DNA from: Gnetum montanum
Taxonomy: Eukaryota > Plantae > Gnetophyta
Reading direction: 5' to 3'
NCBI GenBank assembly: GCA_015680685.1
Contig: MNCI01002011.1
Coordinates: forward strand, 380,307 to 444,306
DNA length: 64,000 nt
Each line of letters begins with the position of its first letter. Position 1 is the stretch's first letter. Below, piece after piece: positions 1 to 13,300 of this stretch. The translations under genes were made by a program, and so were the position numbers. The notes under the pieces were generated by a model that saw only the letters and a program-made list of their open reading frames with translations, did not search any database and was not told the origin of the DNA.

Positions 1-94
1 TGAGATAACTATAGGTCCACAGAATTTGACCGAATCGAGTGTAACACCTTAGTGATTCGTATGGTTGGGCGTAGGGTTACCTCACAGCTCATCA
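1..94 (+). mobile_element. 3' (U5) end of Athila-type LTR, truncated by window edge
   Basis: ...ATTCGTATGGTTGGGCGTAGGGTTACCTCACAGCTCATCA matches the 3' end of the LTRs at 1518-2327 and 11720-12568; no PBS follows. Confidence 0.8.
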
Positions 95-199
95 TTGCAT
101 AGGTGGTTGAACTTTCTCTATTATCAATAGAATTTCTCTTCCACTCATTATGACATAGATGTCACCTCCTACATCCTCACTAGTTACCCTCACCTTCCA

Positions 200-1512
200 T
201 CTAATTTACAATAGTATCATCCCCTTTACATATAGAAGTTGTGCTTAGTTATTGAATTCTCCCCTAACACTAAACTAACTAGTCTAGTTGGATGGATCAA
301 TGAGCTTTTCTAAGTTCCTTTAGCTAATGGACAATTTCACCCCTCATCAATACCCTTGTCAAATACATCTAATTAGGATCCTTCCCTAAATCATGAAACT
401 CCATCATGATGAATTTGATCCCCAAAAAGCATTCCCCAAGCTCTTTGGAACAATGTAGGCCAATTAATCTTTATTTAATGCTATATAAATTATATGTGAA
501 AATTCTAGCATGAATGTTATCAATGGATTCTTTGATAACAACCCTCAATCAAAGGTTCATTGAGATAGATATTACCTTGAAGATATGCCATGGTAGTTAG
601 CTAGCCTTGCAACTTGTGAATGTATATTTCTCTAGTCCTCTAATTGGCTCACTTCCAAATACTTGTAGTCTTATGGAGCCTTCAAAATGATCCTCTTCTT
701 AATATGGCAACTTTCTTTACCAACATCAATAAAGCCATCACCCATGCATGAGCATATTGCCTATTCATTTACAAGTACAAGGGGTCCTTATGGCCCTTGC
801 TAGAGAATAATGAGTTCTTAACTTTCACATCTTCTTGGAAGACAAGACACTAGTCCTTCAACACTTTGACAAGTTACCTCATGCCTTCATGAAATCAAAA
901 TGCAATGATAAGAGAAGGTAGTGGTCTAACATGCATAAGCCTTCCATGACTTTGTCCAAATGATGCATCATTTACTCCACATTTACTACATTCAAAGGTA
1001 ATTATGGATGCGATCTTTAGTAAAAATCCATTGTCAATATTAGTTACTCCTAAACAATGGCAATTGCTTGATCCCTTCTCCATGCATGCATTGGGTCTAC
1101 TACTCAAAAATTTCAATCAGAATGTCATCCATGATTCTAGCCTTAATACCTAGATGCATGACATTGCCCACACCTCTATTATCACTTTGTCGACTCATTC
1201 TCCATTTAAGTATCTACCTACCACTATGTAACACATTGTGTTTGTAAACATTTGCTTTTGAAAGGATTGAAAGAATTGAGATTGAGAAATTTGAGAAATG
1301 AGAGAATTAAAATAACTAGACATCAAACTCCATGATACATTAAGAAAGAATGCATAAGAAATGACAATTTGTTCCACACCCCTAACCAAATTGGAGTAAG
1401 TAGTGAGGCACCACATTCCATTCACATAGCTTCATATTTATACATGGAGCCTTATAACCATATTTCTAAAATAGCTTTTGATCAATCCCTTGATGTATCC
1501 TATTATTTATGG
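200..1512 (-). mobile_element. Highly decayed Ty3/gypsy pol (RT/RNase H) remnant
   Basis: Minus-strand remnant LCEWNVVP (cf. LYEWLVMPFG) near 1400-1430 and a weak RNase H-like stretch near 960-1050; many stops; boundaries approximate. Confidence 0.45.
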
Positions 1513-1517
1513 AATGC

Positions 1518-2327
1518 TGATGAGTTGCAATTTTGTTCACTACGATATCACATCAGTCATGATATCGCGTACGCGATATCACAGCCTGTCTCCTCATCTA
1601 TAAATAAGAGGTAGGTAGTTCCAATAGGAGTTAGTCAGTTTTAGAGTTAGTTTTGATTTTAGTTTTCATTTTTCCACTCAACCCTTTTCCTCCCAGTGTA
1701 TGCCCGCAATGTGGTGATTGTAATTGTATGACATCCTTATTCGAGTGTGACGTACTTGGACATGCACATGACCAAAAATAAAGATCGAGATTACTTCATC
1801 ATTGTAGCATTCACTTAGCTTAATTATTTAATTAATTGTTATTTACTGCTTTCTTAGTTAATACCTTGTTACCCTAAACTCCTGTTAAACGTGGAATGAG
1901 TACAACTTGATTACGAGCATTTAAGTGTGACTACTTGGTAACCTAGTAGCGTACCTAGGATCTATGCTTGGTAATCCCAGTGGTAGTCATGCACGAAGTC
2001 CAAGATGTATACGAATGATTGAGGAACAGATGCTCATCGCACCTAGGCTAGTTTAGATTCTCTCTCACCCTTTCTCTCTTAGCTTAGTCAATATTACTTT
2101 CCATTGTTCTCAGGAGTAGCATTAGCATAGAAACACATCATACACCCCACTCTGGACTAAACCATACGTGACAAAGCTAATACTAGTCCAGGTGGGAAGA
2201 TAGCGAACTGCGACCTAAGGCTAACTGTCTAGATGCTACAACTAGTCCATCTGCAGAGTTCGACCGGATCACATGTGTAACGCTCATATTCGTATGGTTG
2301 AGTGTAGGGGTACCTCACCACTCATCA
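1518..2327 (+). mobile_element. Athila-type solo LTR, TSD AATGC
   Basis: TGATGAG...CTCATCA termini; AATGC at 1513-1517 and 2328-2332; CTATAAATA TATA ~1598; AATAAA ~1777. Confidence 0.92.
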
Positions 2328-5300
2328 AATGCTCTCTATCTTGTGTGCCTTAAATAAGTAGGTAAATAATATCCTTCTTTGTTACATATGTACCTTGTTA
2401 ATTATAATTATCATCTTTTTGGTTTAGTTTATGCCACATTTTAACATTACATCTCTCATAGCTTTATATTTATCTATCTTGCTTTAGTTTATTTTCTTCT
2501 CTAATTTGGCTTCCAATGTGTCTTGATGCCAATTACCTTGTTTTTGAGGATTTGATCTTATAACCTTGTTGGTATAAATATTTATGCTTTATCTTTTATA
2601 AATCTTATAATCTTTTAATAAATTTTTTATTCATGTCTTACTTTGTTATAATTATGAATTCTCTTAATAAACATTCTTGACATAATTTTATTTTTGATAA
2701 CTCTTAGTGTCATTTTATAAATATGATTTTATTTAGCTTTTTGGATTTATTTTTTGAAGTTACTAATTTCTTGGTATTTTCTATCTAAGAAAAAGTTGGT
2801 AGGATGGTGGCACATGCTATGAACTAACAATTTGATATTGTTTGACATTATGATATTTTTCTAAAGACTTTCATAAGCTTTATTATATTTCTTTCTTAAG
2901 TGGACTTGGACATTCTAGTATTTACTAGACAATTGTTAATCTTTTCTAGTTTTTGTGTAATTTACCAATTAATTTTACTATTGTTAACCATTGATTCAAT
3001 GTTATCTTGGAAACCTTAGAATTATATATAAAGATAGGGTTATATATTATTCTTCTTATCTTTTCGGTAAATCGCTCTCTCTCATTGGGGAATCTTGAGT
3101 TTTCATTGGTGTTTGAGTACATTTTAATCTTGTGTGTTACAAGTCTTTCATTTTAGCAAAGGTAGAGCAACTAGTTCTAAGCCTAATATCTCATTGTGAA
3201 CTTGATGTGTTGAAATCTGATAGTTGTAATGTCTAGCTTAAGTTTCTTCTTATGTTATTATGATTCTTATAATGTTTATTCTACAATTCTAGTTTTAAAG
3301 ATGTGTTAACCTTGTTTTTTTCTTATGCCTTTTAATGTGTCTCTAGTGGCATTTCTCATCACCAAAACTTGTGGTATGTTTACAATGGCTCATTCTAAAA
3401 GTATTAGCAAAGACCATGGGTTGTGGTGAGATCATGATCCCTAATTAAAACTAAAACATGATTCATCTTTTTGTAAGAAATACAAAACTAGAGTCAAGAT
3501 ACACATTTCCATAAGTGTGATGCTCTCCACAACTCATGTTGAAGTTATAGTCTAGACCATGGCCTAACCATAGTTTGTGGTTTAGTAGATTTGCATAATG
3601 GTAAGTACCATGGTTAATGGTGGCATAGTGGCTTTCACTACAACTTGACAACCCATCATGGTTTATCTCTCATTCTTGACCACAAATTGTGATTCTAGGT
3701 TTTCAACTCCAATGTGTTATTTTTGCATTTTCCAAACCATTTTTTACCTCTAGAACGTCATTCATGCATTATTTAGTGTTTCAACTTCTTAAAGATGAAT
3801 TTTTCAAGATCAATGAGTATGCATTATGGGGAGTCTATGTTGGACTCTAATGTCAACCCATATCACCTATGATTATACCTTAGTTGTCTAGTCTATATAT
3901 TAATGATTTGGCATTATGAAGGGTAGGGATGGTTACCATACTTTACCCATGCTGCCTATGATTGTGCATTGGTTGTGACAATGGATAAGCATTTTGGGGT
4001 AACTAGTTTTCCACTAAGGCCTATTTACGTCATTTGTGATTGTTCACATGGAGGATTTTTTGGTTTCATGATTTAGAATGATAGGGATAGGTAGATCATA
4101 AGGGTTGCTTCTAGGTTTAACTTATCTAGGATTAGGTGAGATCGATCAACCAATCCTTGCAAAAAGTCATTGACTACATCCAAGATAGGTGTGGCTTGGC
4201 CAACTATTCCTTGAGAAAGTTAAATCACTAGAACAATCACGAATAATCTATTTCATTGATATTTTATTTCATACCATGGTTTTTGTCTTTAGATATGGAC
4301 TCTAATCTTGTGGATATGGAGATGATCTTTGTTCATAACATGTGGTCCTATCCTACAACTTATTCTAGGTGCACCAAGGTGGTTACTTCTACTTGACGGT
4401 TTCTAATGCTTCCTACATGTTTGTATGTAGATTCAAGTGGTAGTACCTAGAATCTTGGTGATTATTAGAGCTTGACCAATTGAACTATTTTTGTTTATTT
4501 TTAGTTGTAGTTTTCTTTAAGATCTTATGTAATGATGGATATGATGTTTTTGGGATGGATGTACTGATGAACTTTCTTATTAATCCTCTTAAGATTATGA
4601 TTTGTCATCATCACCATTATCCTAAACTTATCCTAACAAAATGGAGTCTCCTACATGAGTTATTTTTTGCCATTTACCTTTATGAAGAGATAGACTTTGT
4701 TTATTTGCAGTTTCTTTAAATCATCTTTAATTATTTTTTTTCCATGTCTTTTTTGGTCTTCTTTTCAATGACTTTCCTATAATGATTATGTAGTAACTTT
4801 TTTATGGGTTCATCTAAGCCATCATTCCTGTAACTTATCTAAAATAGGAGTCACTCCAAGTCTTCCTCTAATGTCTACACTATGCAATTTATCTCTTCTA
4901 GTAATATTTAATATTCATCTAAGCATTTGCATTTTTGCTACCTTGATTTGTTGAGATTATGGATCATGTTATGATTTATGTGATTTATTTATAAGCACTT
5001 TGATGTGGATTTTCTTTTTATACTATACAATTTTGGATTTTAAGTTTTATAATGCTTATGGTGTATTCTTTCTTAAGTTTATAAGGATTATGCTATCACA
5101 TGCCAAAGTTTCAAGTTATTTGTAATTTTAATTATGGAAATTTATAAATTAAAATTTTAGAGTATAACATCCTAACTCTTTCCTACTAATAACGTCTTGT
5201 ACAATGGATCTATTTGCATGTCCTCTAGTTGTTACCCCTACACAAGTAGCCAATTCACCTCCCATGCTTATACTACCATCATTGGCACCTCTATAGTCAT

Positions 5301-7365
5301 TGTCATCCTTGATGATGCTAACCTCTCTCACACTAATCCATTCCAACCATCATCCCCCTACATCCCAACCTTAACATGTACAACCTAATCATGTCTTTGC
5401 CTCTCTTAGAATAGCCTCAACTACTCTAGCTCTCCTTACAAATGTTTTATCCTAGTTGTGACCAATAGTCCCTGCATGTAGTCAAACATGCCTTGAACCA
5501 TTTCCACAATGTTGTAGAAGAACACATGTTAAACATGCCTTGAACAATACCCACAATCTTGTAGAAGACCACATGCCAAAACATCAATGCATTAACATAC
5601 ATTATAGGTAATTTTGGATGTTTGATGGAGCTGTCTACCCCTTTGGCTTTCTATTACTCACCTAAATTTACAAGTACCCTACCCAAACATACCTTCCTTG
5701 ACAACCAGCCTAGCATCACCATCCATCAAATGATGCTTTGGCCTACAACAAATATAGGAATCAAACTCATGACTTGGAACTTTCAAATCAAGAGTCTTTA
5801 CTACTAGGCTAACACATCATTGTTAGTAGGAAGGAAGGTTCTAATCTTAAGAAAAGTTACATCACTTTCCAACATCCATACTTGAACTTAAAATAGCAAA
5901 AGGATTTGAGATAGAGAGTTGTGGTTTAATACCAATATTTGTTTCAAAGCAAGAAAGTGGCACGCTAGTGGAAGATCTTCACCTTGTTGCTTGTTATTGA
6001 TCTTATGTCAAGAATCTTTACCATCAACTATAATCTTCTTTTGACACTAGTTTCAATCTTTGAGTTAATAGTATTCTTGTTAGACAACGAAAATTTTGTC
6101 TTATGAGTTATTTATCCAAGTTGATCAATAGTTTCTCTAGTATTAGAAAAAATACATATAGGAACTTTTGTCTTCTTTGGATTCTTTATTGTCATTTGAT
6201 CATTTTTATTGTTAATATTAACTTGATTTTTCACATCTTCAAGTTCATATTGTTTTTTTATAATTTTCAACTTCAACACCTTTTTTCTTTTCTTCAAAAT
6301 CTTTTTTCTTGAGCTACGAAAAGACAAACATTAGACAAGTATCCTTCATGATGTCAAAAGTTGCAAAAATTAAGAAGATTATAATATGTAATTAGCTAAA
6401 TGTAAGTCTTTTCTCCTACTTGTAATACCCTTTTCTTTTTACAATTAAGAAGGTTGACCGAACAAAAAAATATTTATGAAAACCAAAAGTTGTAAAAATA
6501 GACTCTATCTACTTAGTGGGATCGAGAAGACTAACAATTTCCTACTTGAAAAATCAATAGAAGATTCTATAACTTGATAAAACATGGAACTTTGACATAT
6601 TCTTTAGATTGGACATCAAAATTTAGAGTCCACTTACAAATGATTAATAATGCATGCTTTATAAAAGACTCTAATCTTCAACACACTGTGCCATCAAAGA
6701 GAAAAAATGAGAATAATACTTGGCATGAATGACTTAGATGTCATGTTTTTTCATCACATCATTTAATTGCAAAATGAAACTCAGATTACCAGGTAGGTAT
6801 CCCAAAATTTGAAAGAACACATATTGCAAACAACAACCAACAACTCATAACCATTATTAAAAGAACAAAATTAGGTGTCTTAGTTGCATCAATAACTCTA
6901 AAAGAAGGTGTCACAACATTTTTCTTACTAATTTGTAAATTTGCATTTTGAGAATCAACTGAAATTTCCACATCAATGAAAGAGCAGAAATTTCAACATT
7001 GGTTGAAGAATTTAGGAGTAATATAAAATCCCCATAAGAAAATTCTAGAGAAATTAGATTCCTACTAAAATAAAATTTTGAGACTAATATTTATTCCATT
7101 TATATGTATATCCATGTGTTAATGTACATGTTTTTGAGTCTTCTAAAGGGGCAAAAAAAATAATAAAATAAAGGTAATAAAACAAAGCGAATACCATTAG
7201 GCCAATAAACACTAAATATTTAAGAACCTATCATTTTATTTAACCAAAGGGTTAAGGTCCCCAAAGTTTCCGAAACTTTCCATTCAAATACAAGTGAAGG
7301 CATCCACAAAGAATGTTCCTATGACGTCTCTCCAACAAAGTGCTACAAGTTCGAATGTCGTTTGG

Positions 7366-10300
7366 TGTAATAACGTTGCCCCGACGTTGCCCGGCACCCC
7401 AAGGAATTCACGAAGATCCAATAGATCTGGGGCAGAAGACTTGGGGAATATGCCTCAAGCAAGCAAGCATCTCACAAGTGAGTGTAAGCAGAAGCATAGC
7501 TTCTTAACGTGCATAACCACGCACCTCATTGAGGGTAACCAAACTTCAAAATGAGGACCAAGCAAACAAGCACACACACAACCTTGTAGACAACATCGGT
7601 GGGAGGGAGATGATGCACCTACAAGGAAAGGTGCCTCACCCCCAAATCCTTCACAATCTGGTACAAGGTGTGGCCTAGCACTGCACCAAACCTATCCAGT
7701 CTTGGCTACCTACATATCTATGAGCGCCATAGAATCAGGGCCATGTAGTTCTCCACGAAAAAGAGGGGAATGAAGAGGACTTAGAAGAGAGTTGCAACAG
7801 GAGGGTGTCCTGTTGCTAGCTTGGTACCACCAAGTTGAGGTGGGTTTTGTAACACTTGAGAGCCACCCAAGGGCACCTCAAAGTGTTCCATGGCCCCCGA
7901 ACCATGGGGAGAGCCCAAGAGAACCACCATTCTGGGACATCTCTCACAATCCTCCCCCACACAAAGAAGCAACGTCCTCAAAGCAGAGCCTAGGATAGCT
8001 TTGAGTGTACACTTCTAAATGGGTTCAGAACTTCGTCAACTCTGGGGATCCATCAACTCCTTAGATGCCAGGCTTGAAGGAAGGTACCAACCCCAACACC
8101 TGATACGTCCTTCCATCCAATGCCTTTCATGAAACACAAGGGCAAGTGGATGAAGCCCAAGACTTCCCTTCTCCATACGAGCAGGAGAGTCCAACCCAAA
8201 GGGCCAACATCTCTAAGGCATCCCCTAGATCCGTCCCTTCTGAGGGTCTAGAGACATGTCTTCTTGTGTAAACCCATACTTATGCAAGAAGACAACTCCT
8301 CTTCCATAAGTCCCGCCGAGTTCCTCTGTGAATGGCATCTCAGCACCCATTGATTTTTTAAAGGGCTCACCAGGGCCACTACCCATGGTGAGGGACTTGG
8401 GAACATCACACCGAGAGGGAGGACATGCTCTGAAGAGCCATGTCTCTGCAAGCAACTCATGCTTGCCAGAACTCCATGTTCTTCTACTCGCATCGAGACC
8501 CATGGGGTCTCACCAGTGCAACCATCTAAGCACTAATTCCACGTGCATCAGTACCATGCGCATTCTCTTTTCCTCATCATGTTTGTTCAAGCTGGCATGA
8601 AGGGTGTCAAGCATGTTCACCCTTACAAACAAGGTACAAGAATAGATCTTTGAGCTTGACCTTGCCATCTGTAGACACCAACATCGCATGCCTCAATTCA
8701 TCATTCATCATTTCATAGCATTCCAATGAGAGAGAAGATCCAAAAATCTGTTTGGAAACTTCTCCAGGAGGCTAACATACAACAAGCCCCAACTATCCTC
8801 AACACCTCTTGTGATTGTCCAACATCAAGAATGCCTGCTCGAATGTTAGAACAAGTGGAGGGTCAACTAGGTAGCCAATTCCATGACAATCCTCCATCAC
8901 CTGTCTCATATCAGCTGTAAGCACATCATCGAATGCAACCATAATATCCCGTTCATGGAGAAGGATCACCCACATTTGCCACATGCAAGTTATCCATCAA
9001 CTCCAAGTTATGGGACAAGCACCATTTTCTGAACACAAGGTCCAGGAACAAATATAGAGTCACCTCAGAGAGTAACCAGATCATGAATTCTCCGAGGAAC
9101 ATCAACATTCTCAGAATTTGCATTTCCCCACTATATCAAGAACGATTGCCAAACTCACGATCAATACCTTTCAATAGATTTTGCACTTGCAGGAAGGATC
9201 CTCTTTGGGAGGTTTCTTCCATAGGTAAGTATAGCAGCCCAACTACACCTTACCCCTCATACATGCCCAAGTAGTCAATATAGCCAATAGAACCATATCG
9301 TGGAACTGTCACCAGCTGAGGGAAGACATGGGTTCACAAGTCTTACCCAAATTCAATTTTCACCTTGAGAACAACTCGAGACACCAAGCATTTTTGTTTC
9401 ATCTTGGGAGATCTGGGTTTTATTTCATACATCCCAGTCAATCCCATTTACATCAATTTGTGGTGGACAAGGCCGCACCACTACCTATTGTCATTCAACC
9501 CAACAACAGACACAAGTCATCAACAACATCTTGCCCATAGGAGGACCAAGTCCTCAAGATAGTTTTACATGGAATGGGCTTTCATCAACATCATTTACAA
9601 CTCAAACACAAAACGATTCATCCCCGAAGGGTTTACAATAATGATGGCCTACCAGAGAACCCCAACAAGGAAGTTCCTCTAAAGCCTCCAACACTAAGAG
9701 AGACAAGATCATGCCTTTCTTACACGAAGAGCAATATGTATCTTTAATTTACATCAACAACACAACCTCACAAAGGAGGTTTCATGAATTTCACCAAGGT
9801 AACAACATCCTGTCTCTGAGAATATGCCCCATGAGTTCACGAACATGGGACCACTGCTAGGGACAAGTCCAAAACAACAACTTCTTATAGGAGACAACCA
9901 TCTCAATACCACCTGTCTTATTATTTCAGGAACTAAAGAGGGCATCCATTGAAAAGGAGAATGATCCCTCATGATCAACTCTGCTATCCCACCAAGGAGG
10001 TGAGAACACCAACATGAATTAACCTCATACCCAAAGACATGGGACAATACATCCGGGAGGGACTATGTGATACATTAGTGTACATAAGGGACAAGTTACA
10101 TAGGAAAATTTTGCAAGACACCATAGCCTATTTGGCACAATGAGTCCCCAATCACAGAATCACACCATAGACAACAAACACACCAATAAGTCCCAATCTA
10201 TGAGAGCGCATCATAGCTCTCCAAAGCACCAAAGGCAATTAGTCACGAGAGCCCACCAACATGCACAAATCATTAGAAGCCCACAATCATGAGAGCATCA

Positions 10301-13300
10301 ACTCGAGTGTTTTGAGCACATTCAAGCCCACCAAGCAAGGCCACCAAGAGAAAACACAATTTCTGTATCTGTAACGTCATTTATTCAAGGATGGACCACC
10401 ATCCCATCATTTGGACAACTATCCCATGATCGCTTCCAACATGGAAGAGCAAGTCTAGGTGCCAATACCCAAAACTCAACTCAAATCCACCTCTAGACAT
10501 CACATTGATTTGAAGTTCAGTCACTATCAATCATCTATGGACAAGATCTTTGCCAATCTAGGAACACAAGAGAATGTGTTCCCAAGATTTGTCCCGTCTC
10601 AAGGATGTTCACCAAGCATACACCATCCAAGCATGCCAACATCATCAAGAACACATGGCACCAGTTCACGAGCATAATGGGCAAGGACATACCCTGGTCT
10701 GTTCGTTACAACACCGTATCACAACTAAAGCATTTCTCATGAGGTTTTCAGCAGAATTATACATCAAGGCACAAAGGCCATTTACAACATATAGCAAGGG
10801 CACTTTAAAACAAGCACCAAGAAAACACCATACATCAAGCTTGGCCTTATCATAGTGTGTGGCATAGGCCTACAACCAGGAGACAACTGAGTCACATAGG
10901 CAATACATCCAGCACTTGTGTGTGCATACAACCAAATCGAGAATATCACAAGGATACCTTTCACACACCCAAGGATTGGATTACATTCATATATGGGAAC
11001 ATACATGGTATTTGGGAATGCTACCCAAGCCTAAAAGGCTATAGGACAAACTACCCAAGCCCATCCTAGGCTAAAGGATTTAGGCCACCAAGAGCATACC
11101 ATGAAGAACCATGTTGTTTAGAGAAAAACTTGTCTCTGTCACGAAGCATAAACGATCATCTGTCATTGCACCACTATCTCACAAGATACATGATCTACCG
11201 TCACACTGAACCCACTACACAGGGAACATCGAACGAAAACAATTTGAGACACAAATGCAATGATCGAATAACAAAACACACCAACTGAGTATCCACCATC
11301 CTGCCATAGTGGGACCTCATTGCATTGACCACTCCTGGGCCATCAGTATCCAGCATGGCCAAGGATACCATTTCATGCTATCTGCTAGCCCAATATTTGT
11401 AGGGTCTAGGATAGATCACCATCCTCTGTTAGTGCTCCCCCAACACAAAGAGGCAAACAAATCATAATGTACCTGCTGATTCATCATAGCCAAGGTACTG
11501 ATAAATCCACAACCCAATGTTGGGATTCTGAGACCAAATAATCAGTTCATGAAGGTCTCAGGAGCACATATCTTCCCCATAGACATAGTGCTCACAGAAT
11601 CAACTAAGGTCACCACTAGCTGCATCTTTATACCTGTGCTACCTACAAACACTGAGACACAAGCTCAGAAACATAGAAGTTAGCAGGAACACAATTAGCA
11701 CATTAGCCTCATTCACAATTGATGAGACGTGATTCGCATAAGCCATGATATCGCGTACACGATATCACAGTCCGCTGTCATATCTATAAATAAGACACGG
11801 CTCTCCCTTGTTAGGCATCCCAGTTTTAGAGTAGCGAAGCTCTGGTAGTTTGATCCCTCCAGAGTTAGATTTTTTTCTGTGTATACCCATAGTGTGGTGA
11901 ATGTAATTGTACGGTGTCTTTATTCGAGTGTGCCGTACTTGGACATGCACATGACCGGCAATAAAGATCGAGATTACTTCATCATTGCAGCATTCACTTT
12001 GTTATTTATTTATTTGTTATTTATTTAATGTTATTTACTATTTTCTCTCTCTCACCCTTAAACTCCTAGAACGCGGAACGAGTACGACTTGATTACGAGC
12101 ATTTAAGTGTGACTGCTTGGTAGCCCAGTGGTGTAGCTAGGATCTACGCTTGGTAACCCTTGGGATCTGCGCTTGGTAATCCCAGTGGCATACCTAGGAT
12201 CTACGCTTGGTAGTCCTAGTGGTAGTCATGCACGAAGTCCAAGATGTGTACGGTTGATCAAGGAATCAATTGCTCGTCACACTTAGGCTAGATTAGATTT
12301 TCTTACCCTTTTCCTTCTATCTTAGCTTAGTTAAATATTATTTTCCACTGCTTTCAAGAGTAGCATAGATTAGGAACACATCATACACCTCATCTGGACT
12401 AAACCATACATGACACATGCAATACTAGTCCAGGTGGGAAGACAGCAAACTGCGACCTAAGGCTAACTATCTAGGTGCCACAACTAGTCCATCTGCGGAG
12501 TTCGACCGGATCGCACGTGCGACACTCATTTTGTATGGTTGAGTGTAGGGGTACCTTGCCACTCATCAACAACCATCCAGCATGATCATATAACAAAGTC
12601 ATATCACTCTTGCACATCATAAAATTCAAGACCTCAACAACACACATAGAGATTAATCATGCAAAACATTGATGGAGAAATTCGATCCCCACTCAAACCA
12701 ATGATTTCATCATGAGGCACACCAAGAGAGAGATAGCACACTCTCATAATTTCAAGATTCATACACATCAATCATTCCCAGCAACTAACACTAGCCTCAA
12801 CCAGGACCAAAATCTCAACACAATCGTATGAGTCATGGGCAATAAACAATCGTCAACTCAACCCAAAAATAAGGTGGAAGACCAAGGTCTATCCAACAAC
12901 AAGTCTACATCAACCAATTCTTGCAACAACGTGCAACAATGAGCAACATCACAAAGGATGCGTTCACAAGAAGACTCTCCTCAAAAGAGGTATGATCTCA
13001 ACAAGAACCAACAATAGGATGACCCACACCAATAGTCTTCAAATTAGAATGACCAAGAATGTCACCAATCAAAGTAGTGATGCCACAAGCCCAAGGGCAA
13101 CACCACCAGCTTAACAAGGGAGCACAACTCGTAAAGACCAACAATAAGGGCAATCATGCCTCATGCACAAGAAGTTGTCAAACAAGACAACAACCATTTG
13201 GCTTTGGGATGACACAAACAACCACTGCATCCTCAACGTTTCCAACAATAAGTCATCATACCATGTAAAACATTTAAGCCTTGCGTTACAAATGATAGAC

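Noticed and set aside
12121-12510. Pol III A-box (TAGCCCAGTGG) and B-box-like (GTTCGACC) motifs inside the LTR
   Set aside because: They are over 250 bp apart and the A-box match is not conserved across copies.
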